Assembly (NCBI GenBank): GCA_015059095.1
Contig: SVBA01000010.1
Span: 30 to 64,029, forward strand
Source: Erysipelotrichaceae bacterium
Lineage (GTDB): Bacteria; Bacillota_I; Bacilli_A; RFN20; CAG-449
Direction: 5' to 3'
DNA: 64,000 bases
Shown here: piece by piece, positions 18,461-25,143 of the stretch
Layout of the letters: each line of letters begins with the position of its first letter
How positions within the stretch are numbered: position 1 is the first letter of the stretch
Made by a program: the position numbers and the translations under genes
The notes under the pieces: generated by a model
What the model was told of the DNA's origin: nothing
Database searches by the model: none
Seen by the model: the letters and a program-made list of their open reading frames with translations, nothing else

Positions 18461-18697
18461 ATGTCAAATAGTAAAGTTGATAATTTAGTAAATATGCTTG
18501 ATGCATATGTAGAAAATGGAGGACATCATCTTAATGTTAACGTATTTAGCCGTGAAACATTATTAGATGCTCAAGCTCATCCTGAGAAATATCCTCAATT
18601 AACAATTAGAGTAAGTGGATATGCAGTTAACTTCATTAAACTATCTAAAGAACAACAAGATGAAGTTATTTCAAGAACTATTCACGAATCAATGTAG
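18461..18697 (+). CDS. separately translated glycyl-radical domain of pyruvate formate-lyase (GrcA/YfiD-like small subunit)
   Basis: [78 protein letters not shown] matches the PflB C-terminus, including the RVSGY glycyl radical motif. SD GAAAGGAAGG lies 6 nt before ATG 18461. It is in a different frame from pflB. An alternative ATG at 18437 lacks an SD. Confidence 0.8.
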   Translation: MSNSKVDNLVNMLDAYVENGGHHLNVNVFSRETLLDAQAHPEKYPQLTIRVSGYAVNFIKLSKEQQDEVISRTIHESM

Positions 18698-18711
18698 TTT
18701 AAAATTTAATA

Positions 18712-18746
18712 GACGAGTTCAAAAAAACGGGCTCGTTTTTATTTTT
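18712..18746 (+). terminator. rho-independent terminator after the pfl operon
   Basis: GACGAG...CTCGT stem followed by TTTTTATTTTT. Confidence 0.5.
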
Positions 18747-18772
18747 AATAAAAATATATTTTCAAAAATAAT

Positions 18773-18840
18773 AGACTTTTTAGCAAAAAACACCGATTCT
18801 ACTGTGAGTAGAGTTGACAGTAGCAAAAAAGTCGCTACCA
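18773..18840. repeat. intergenic palindromic repeat element, copy 3 (core ATTCTACT-GTG-AGTAGAGT at 18796-18814)
   Basis: About 85% identical over 68 bp to copy 1, with the same flanks AGACTTTTTAG and CTACCA. It also contains a secondary hairpin GTAGC-aaaaaagtc-GCTAC. Confidence 0.6.
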
Positions 18841-18913
18841 TTTAATATTAATTTAATGTATAATATCATTACAAATAAAAACGGAGATTTGACTTTTAAA
18901 AAACAATAGTAAT

Positions 18914-18958
18914 GATACCTAGTTGTTTAACAATTAGGTATTTTTTATGTTTTTTTTA
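18914..18958 (+). terminator. strong terminator-like hairpin downstream of repeat copy 3
   Basis: ATACCTAGTTGTT-t-AACAATTAGGTAT 13-bp stem (one mismatch) followed by TTTTTATGTTTTTTTT. There is no annotated gene for it to terminate. Confidence 0.55.
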
Positions 18959-19007
18959 TATTAAAAAGTGTAAAATAATATTAATTATTATTTTAGGAGG
19001 CTAATTT

Positions 19008-21896
19008 ATGGAAATTAATGAAATTAAACATGGTTTTAAGTTAGTATCTATTAATTATGTAGAAGATATTAATTCTAACTTATATCAATATGAACATATT
19101 AAATCTGGAGGTAGAGTAGTTCATATTCAAAATGATGATCCACATTGTACATTTGCTATTGGATTTAGAACTTTGCCTAAAGATTCTACAGGTGTATGTC
19201 ATATTATTGAACACTCTTTATTATGTGGAAGTAAAAAATATCCATTAAAAGAACCATTTGTAAACTTATTAAAATCATCTTTAGCAACTTTCTTAAACGC
19301 ATTTACTGCATATGATTGGACAATGTATCCTTTTTCAAGTCAAGTTCCTCAAGATTTTGATAATATTCTTTCGATCTATTTAGATGCAGTATTTAATCCT
19401 ATTTCAATGATTGATAAGAAACCTTTCTTACAAGAAGGATGGCATTTAGAATTATTAAATAAAGAAGATTTACCAGTTATTAAAGGTGTAGTCTATAATG
19501 AAATGAAAGGTGCGACTTCTTCGGTTGATGATGTTTTAGAATCGACAGTAAATGAAATTATGTATAAAGATACAATCTATAGACATAATAGTGGTGGTGA
19601 TCCAGAAGTAATCCCAGAATTAACATATGAAGATTATGTTTCTTTCTATAAAGAACATTACACTCCACAAAATGCTTTAACTTTCTTCTATGGAGATATG
19701 GACATTGAAAAGAAATTAAAATATTTGAATGAAGAGTATTTTTCATCATTTACAAAAAGTGAAAAGGATATTGTAATTGATCCTCAAACTCCACATATTA
19801 ATACAACATATAAAAAAGAGTATGAAGTAGGTAAAGATGAAGATATTAAAGATAAGACTTATGTAGGATTATGTTATTCTTTAGGTAGTTATGAAAATTA
19901 TGAAGATATCTGTGCTATGTCATTAATCTTTAATTCGATTATGTCTAATAATGATTCTCCTTTAAAAAAGTCAATTTTAGATAAAAAGTTTGGTAAAAAT
20001 GTTAGATATAGTATTGATGATAATAATGTTGTTCCTTCATTACATATTGATTTATTAGAAACAGATTCATCTAAAAAAGAAGAATTTAAATTATTCTTTG
20101 AAGAACAAATTAGAAAGTTAGTTAATGAAGGAATTGATAGAGAATTATTAACTTCGACTTTAAATTTCTCAGAATTTAAAGATAAAGAAAGAAACTTAAC
20201 TTCATCAAATAAAGGATTGAATTATGCTCTTTCTATAATTGGCCCATTTATTTATCGTTCTTCTTTGATTAATAGATTAGAATTTACTTCTATTAATAAA
20301 AGTTTAAGAGAAAAATTACAAACTTCATATTATGAAGATTTATTAGATAAATATATTTTAAAATCAAATCATTATGTTTTAGTTGAAGTGAATCCTTCAA
20401 AGACTTTAGGTGATGAAAGAAAAGCGAAAGTATTAAAACAAATGAAAGAAATTAAAGATAAGATGTCTAATAAAGAAATCGATGCTTTAATTAAGCAAAC
20501 TAGAGAATTAATCGCATATCAAAATAAAGTTGATACTAAAAAAGAATTAGATACTTTACCAAAATTATCAATAAAAGATATTCCTTCTAGAATTGATTAT
20601 CTAGATACTAAAAAGACTTCAATTAAAGGAATGAAAACTATTTATCATAATGTTCCAACTAATAAAATTGGTTATTTAAGAATGTATTTTTCATTAGATT
20701 GTGTGGAATTAGAAGATTTTCCATATGTTCGACTATTAAGAAGTTTATTATTAAATGTTAAAACAAAATCTTATACTCCTTATGAATTAATGAAAAATAT
20801 TAAAACTAATCTAGGATCATTTGTATTAAGTATAGCCAATAATCCTATTAATAGATATGAAACACGAATTGATTTTACTTTAGCTACTAGTGCATTATTA
20901 GAAAATATTAAATATATTCCTAATATTATTAATGAAGTTTTATTAACATCTAAGTTTACAAAAAATGAAGTTAAAACTATTTTAAATCAAACTGTTATGG
21001 GATTAAGACAAAGTTTAATTGAAAATGGTAATTCTCATGCGATTATGGAAGCTAGATCTGCATATAGTAGTTTTGCAAACTATGAAAATCATTATAAAAC
21101 TGGTATTGGAGTATATAATTTCTTTAAAGATTTATTAGATAATTTTGATTATAAAAAGATCAATGAAAAACTTGTTTTTATTTCTAAAAAGATTTTTTCT
21201 AAAAATAATGTAACTATCTCTCTTTCAGGGGATGAAGAAACTATTCAAGCATTAAAAGAAGAATGTAGAAATCTTAAATTTAGAAAAGTTAGTATTGAAA
21301 AAGTATTAAAACCTAATTTTAATGAACCTAAAAAAGAGGCATTAGTTGTACCTAGTGGAGTTTCTTATAATGTAATTGCAAGTAATCTAGAAGAAATTGG
21401 TCATGTCTTCTCCGGTAAAGATGTAGTCTTATCTCATATTCTTTCGTATGATTATTTATGGAATGAAATAAGAGTTAAAGGTGGAGCATATGGTGCAGGC
21501 TTTGCATTAACTAAAATTAATGATACATTCTTCTATTCTTATCGAGATCCTAATGTTAAGAATTCATATGATGTATATCGTAATATTATTAATTATTTAG
21601 ATGAATTTAATCCTAGTAAAAAAGAATTCATTAACTATGTTATTGGTGCAGTAGGAGGAATTTCTACTCCTAATTCAATTGTTCAATTAATTGATCAATG
21701 GGATATTAATTATCTAATTAACGTTACTAAGAAAGATAAAATCAAATTAAAGAAAGAAGCATTAAAAACTACATTAAAGGATATTAAAGATTATAAGAAA
21801 GTATTTACATATATGATGTCATCAAATAGTGAATATACAGTCGGTGAAGAGAATAAAATTAACGAATATCCATTTAATAAAGTTAATAAATTATAA
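19008..21896 (+). CDS. M16C-family zinc metallopeptidase (PreP/presequence-protease-like)
   Basis: Inverted zinc motif HIIEH followed by SLLCGSKKYPLKEPFVNLLKSSLATFLNAFTAYDWTMYPFSSQ, near-identical in pattern to PreP. C-terminal EIRVKGGAYGAGF...YSYRDPN block. Length 962 aa. Confidence 0.85.
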   Translation: MEINEIKHGFKLVSINYVEDINSNLYQYEHIKSGGRVVHIQNDDPHCTFAIGFRTLPKDSTGVCHIIEHSLLCGSKKYPLKEPFVNLLKSSLATFLNAFTAYDWTMYPFSSQVPQDFDNILSIYLDAVFNPISMIDKKPFLQEGWHLELLNKEDLPVIKGVVYNEMKGATSSVDDVLESTVNEIMYKDTIYRHNSGGDPEVIPELTYEDYVSFYKEHYTPQNALTFFYGDMDIEKKLKYLNEEYFSSFTKSEKDIVIDPQTPHINTTYKKEYEVGKDEDIKDKTYVGLCYSLGSYENYEDICAMSLIFNSIMSNNDSPLKKSILDKKFGKNVRYSIDDNNVVPSLHIDLLETDSSKKEEFKLFFEEQIRKLVNEGIDRELLTSTLNFSEFKDKERNLTSSNKGLNYALSIIGPFIYRSSLINRLEFTSINKSLREKLQTSYYEDLLDKYILKSNHYVLVEVNPSKTLGDERKAKVLKQMKEIKDKMSNKEIDALIKQTRELIAYQNKVDTKKELDTLPKLSIKDIPSRIDYLDTKKTSIKGMKTIYHNVPTNKIGYLRMYFSLDCVELEDFPYVRLLRSLLLNVKTKSYTPYELMKNIKTNLGSFVLSIANNPINRYETRIDFTLATSALLENIKYIPNIINEVLLTSKFTKNEVKTILNQTVMGLRQSLIENGNSHAIMEARSAYSSFANYENHYKTGIGVYNFFKDLLDNFDYKKINEKLVFISKKIFSKNNVTISLSGDEETIQALKEECRNLKFRKVSIEKVLKPNFNEPKKEALVVPSGVSYNVIASNLEEIGHVFSGKDVVLSHILSYDYLWNEIRVKGGAYGAGFALTKINDTFFYSYRDPNVKNSYDVYRNIINYLDEFNPSKKEFINYVIGAVGGISTPNSIVQLIDQWDINYLINVTKKDKIKLKKEALKTTLKDIKDYKKVFTYMMSSNSEYTVGEENKINEYPFNKVNKL

Positions 21897-21901
21897 AAAA
21901 T

Positions 21902-21932
21902 AAGCATGAATTTTATTTCATGCTTTTATTAT
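21902..21932 (+). terminator. rho-independent terminator after the M16C gene
   Basis: AAGCATGA-attttatt-TCATGCTT followed by TTATTAT. Confidence 0.6.
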
Positions 21933-21971
21933 ATTTAGAAAATAATATATAATATTATTTGAGGTAAAAAA

Positions 21972-22817
21972 ATGGACGGTATTTTATTAATTAATAAACC
22001 AATAGGATTAACTTCTAGAGATGTTGTTAATAAATTAACAAAAAAGTTTGGTACTAAAAAAATAGGCCACACTGGTACTCTAGATCCTTTTGCTAGTGGA
22101 GTATTAATTTTAACCATTAATAAAGGAACTAAAATATCTTCTTATATAGAAGATTTAGATAAAGAATATATTGCTGAACTTCTATTAGGTATTTCTACAG
22201 ATACTTTAGATTTAGAAGGAGAAATAGTTTCTAAAAAAGAAGTGAAATTACCACTTAATAAAGAAAAAATATTAGAAGTAATTTCACATTATATTGGCCA
22301 AATTAAACAAGTTCCACCAATGTATTCGGCTTTAAAAGTAAATGGAGAACCTCTTTATAAACTAGCAAGAAGAGGAGAAGTAATTGAAAGAAAAGAAAGA
22401 GATATTATTATTCATAATATAGATTTATTATCAATTACTAATGAAAGATTATTAATAAATGTTAAGTGCTCTAAAGGAACATATATAAGAACTCTTGGTA
22501 ATGACATAGGAAATGAACTTGGTTATGGAGGACATTTAACTATGCTTACTAGAACTAGAGTAGGTAAATATAATTTAGATATGTGTAAAAGTATTGAAGA
22601 AGTAACTTTAGATGATGTAATACCTATTACCGAAGCTTTAGAACATTTACCATGTAAAGTAGTATATGGATTTTTAGAAACAAAAGTAAGAAATGGTGTC
22701 GCCTTATTTTTAGGTGAAGAAGAATTGTTATTTGTTAAAAATGATAAAGATGAACCATTAGCAATCTATAAAAAACAAGATGATGGAAAACATCATTGTT
22801 TAAGGGGGTTATTTTAA
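21972..22817 (+). CDS. truB: tRNA pseudouridine(55) synthase
   Basis: GILLINKPIGLTSRDVVNKL...GHTGTLDPFASGVLIL holds the catalytic Asp motif. It sits in the conserved truB-ribF-rpsO-pnp context. Confidence 0.9.
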   Translation: MDGILLINKPIGLTSRDVVNKLTKKFGTKKIGHTGTLDPFASGVLILTINKGTKISSYIEDLDKEYIAELLLGISTDTLDLEGEIVSKKEVKLPLNKEKILEVISHYIGQIKQVPPMYSALKVNGEPLYKLARRGEVIERKERDIIIHNIDLLSITNERLLINVKCSKGTYIRTLGNDIGNELGYGGHLTMLTRTRVGKYNLDMCKSIEEVTLDDVIPITEALEHLPCKVVYGFLETKVRNGVALFLGEEELLFVKNDKDEPLAIYKKQDDGKHHCLRGLF

Positions 22818-22818
22818 T

Positions 22819-23718
22819 ATGAAAGTATTTAGAATTTCGCCAAAAAGTCTAGTGAAATTAGATGATATTACTTTATGTCTAGGTTATTTTGATGCCTTGC
22901 ATTTAGGCCATATTTCGTTAATAAATAAATCAAAAAACTTAGGAAGAAAAGTTGGTGTTTTAACAATGGATCCTAATCCTAGTTCTTTCTTTAATAGTAA
23001 TGTAAAAGAAATCAATTCGCTTGAAGACAAAATTGAAATATTAGAAACTTTAGGTGTTGATTATTTTATTATTTTAGAAACAAATAAAGATGTATTAAAT
23101 ATGTCTCCAGAATCTTTTGTAAAGGAAATAATAATTCCTTTAGGGGTGAAAAATGTTGTTTCAGGTTTTGATTATCATTTTGGAAAGAATAAAAGTGGTG
23201 ATACTAACTTTTTAAGTTATTATGATGAATTTGATACTTATGTTTGTGATGAAGTTGATGATGAAAATGAAAAAGTATCGACAACTTTAATTAAGCGATT
23301 ATTAAATGAAGGTAATATTACTAGAATTAATAAATTATTAACTAGACCATATCAAATAAAAGGAAAAGTAATTAAAGGTAATTCTATTGGTCATACAATT
23401 GGTTTTCCAACTGCAAATATTGAATTAGATAGTAATAAAATATATCCTAAAAATGGGGTATATGCTGGATATTTAATTTGTGAAGGTAAGAAATATTTAT
23501 CAATGATAAATCTTGGAATTCATCCAACTATTAAAAAATTAGATAAAGAAATAGTTGAGGCTCACGTAATTAATGAAAGTATAGATTTATATGATAAAGA
23601 AGTTACATTAGTTTTTATTGATTATATTAGAGAAGAAAGAAAGTTTGACAATCTTGAAGATTTAGTGAATCAACTTAAGTGTGATAAGAAGATTATAAAA
23701 AGTTATGATAAGTTTTAA
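22819..23718 (+). CDS. ribF: bifunctional riboflavin kinase / FMN adenylyltransferase
   Basis: N-terminal FAD-synthetase nucleotidyltransferase region (GYFDALHLGH) and C-terminal riboflavin kinase (PTANIELD...GVYAGYL). Confidence 0.9.
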   Translation: MKVFRISPKSLVKLDDITLCLGYFDALHLGHISLINKSKNLGRKVGVLTMDPNPSSFFNSNVKEINSLEDKIEILETLGVDYFIILETNKDVLNMSPESFVKEIIIPLGVKNVVSGFDYHFGKNKSGDTNFLSYYDEFDTYVCDEVDDENEKVSTTLIKRLLNEGNITRINKLLTRPYQIKGKVIKGNSIGHTIGFPTANIELDSNKIYPKNGVYAGYLICEGKKYLSMINLGIHPTIKKLDKEIVEAHVINESIDLYDKEVTLVFIDYIREERKFDNLEDLVNQLKCDKKIIKSYDKF

Positions 23719-24145
23719 TTTAGTAAGTGCATCAGTAAAAAAGTTTATTAAAGAACAAATATCATATAAAGATTCTTTTTATAATGAAACAAATGATGGT
23801 CAAACTTTGAAGTTTGAATTTCATCATTTCACTTATTTTTTTAAAGCATATCTTGGTCCTAAAGCTAGAATTATTATGACCTATAATAATAAGGGATTAG
23901 GATTAAAGGTAATTTTTGATGAAGAAGAATCAAAAAAGATTGATTTCGATGCTTTAAGTAAAGTAGTAAAAGAAAATACTAAGCAAGGATATTTTGAGGT
24001 TAATATGACTAAGTGTAGTCCATATAATCCAAATTTGGTGATTGATTTAGCTATTCCTCATGAATACTTTGATTTAGAAACTTTAGATGATGCTGTCTAT
24101 ATCATTGGAATAGTTATTCAAACTATATTAATTAAGTATAGTTAG
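23705..24145 (+). CDS. hypothetical small cytoplasmic protein (146 aa)
   Basis: ORF overlapping the end of ribF. No recognisable motif. The SD is weak, so the start is uncertain. Confidence 0.45.
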   Translation: MISFNLVSASVKKFIKEQISYKDSFYNETNDGQTLKFEFHHFTYFFKAYLGPKARIIMTYNNKGLGLKVIFDEEESKKIDFDALSKVVKENTKQGYFEVNMTKCSPYNPNLVIDLAIPHEYFDLETLDDAVYIIGIVIQTILIKYS

Positions 24146-24172
24146 AACATGAAATATTAATTGGAGGTATAT

Positions 24173-24622
24173 ATGCAAAAAAGTGTTAAAGAAATAAGTT
24201 TAATCATTAAAGATTATTTAAAAGATGAAAGTGATTATAGAAGTATTAATTTTGAAAAATACGAGGATAAATATGGTGTTTCATATGTTTCTGATGAATT
24301 AAATGGTAAATTTTTATTAGGTTTTGGTGGTAATTATGAAAGTAGTATTACTTTTAGATACGCATTAAATTTAGGACTAGAAGTAGAAGTGTATTTAAGT
24401 AATAATAAAGCTTTAAGAATAGGTAATAATTTACTTCCAATTTTAAATAATGTTAATTCAGGATTAAATGCTCAAATTTCAACTACAAGGTATATTCCAA
24501 ATGAATCATCATTGACTTTTACTTTAAATTATCCAATTTCAAAAATTGATGATTATTTTCTTTCTCTTGTTACATTAGGAACAATGGTTAGTGTAATCGC
24601 AGAACGTCTAGAAAAATATTAA
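24173..24622 (+). CDS. hypothetical small cytoplasmic protein (150 aa)
   Basis: SD GGAGGT lies 6 nt before ATG 24173. It is similar in size and predicted alpha/beta character to the preceding ORF and may be a distant paralog. Confidence 0.45.
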   Translation: MQKSVKEISLIIKDYLKDESDYRSINFEKYEDKYGVSYVSDELNGKFLLGFGGNYESSITFRYALNLGLEVEVYLSNNKALRIGNNLLPILNNVNSGLNAQISTTRYIPNESSLTFTLNYPISKIDDYFLSLVTLGTMVSVIAERLEKY

Positions 24623-24656
24623 TTAGTAATTATTTTAATAAAATAAAGTAAAATTA

Positions 24657-24742
24657 TTGAAATTATATTGAATATCTAATATATTATAGGAGCGACTTGT
24701 TCTTGGATATACGATTCTCCAACGATATCTAGGTACAAGTTA
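24657..24742 (+). promoter_or_regulatory. rpsO promoter plus structured 5' leader (candidate S15 autoregulatory element)
   Basis: TTGAAA (24657-24662), 17-bp spacer, TATATT (24680-24685). The leader has nested inverted repeats ACTTGT...ACAAGT (24695-24740) and GATATaCG...CGaTATC, immediately upstream of the SD AAAAGGAGG. Confidence 0.45.
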
Positions 24743-24768
24743 AGATAAGCCAAAAGGAGGATAAATAA

Positions 24769-25038
24769 ATGGCACTTTCAAAAGCAAAAAAAGCAGAATT
24801 AATTGAAAAATTCGGCGAAAATGCAAATGATACAGGTTCTACAAAGGTTCAAATCGCAATCTTAACAGAAGAAATCAAAGCATTAACATTACACTTAAAG
24901 AGTAATAAACATGATGGATCTTCAAGAAGAGGATTATTCTCAAAAGTAGGACAAAGAAAAGGTTTATTAGCTTACTTAGCTAACAAAGACCATGATGCAT
25001 ATTTAGCTTTAATTAAAGAATTAGGCATCAGAAAATAG
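24769..25038 (+). CDS. rpsO: 30S ribosomal protein S15
   Basis: MALSKAKKAELIEKFGENANDTGSTKVQIAILTEEI...HLKSNKHDGSSRRGLFSKVGQRKGLLAYL is canonical S15. Confidence 0.95.
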   Translation: MALSKAKKAELIEKFGENANDTGSTKVQIAILTEEIKALTLHLKSNKHDGSSRRGLFSKVGQRKGLLAYLANKDHDAYLALIKELGIRK

Positions 25039-25054
25039 TTTGATAACTAAAAAT

Positions 25055-25081
25055 AGAGTACCTTAGGGTACTCTTTTTTGA
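25055..25081 (+). terminator. rho-independent terminator after rpsO
   Basis: AGAGTACC-ttag-GGTACTCT followed by TTTTTTG. Confidence 0.8.
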
Positions 25082-25143
25082 TGCATTAAATGAAAAGGTC
25101 TCAATTAAGAGACCTCAATAATAAAGATTAAATTTATCTACTA

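Noticed and set aside
18615-18845. 76-aa ORF from the track overlapping the pflB small-subunit 3' end, the terminator and repeat copy 3
   Set aside because: It spans a terminator hairpin and the palindromic repeat, has no SD and is out of frame with the pflB C-terminal domain. It is best explained as chance openness across non-coding DNA.
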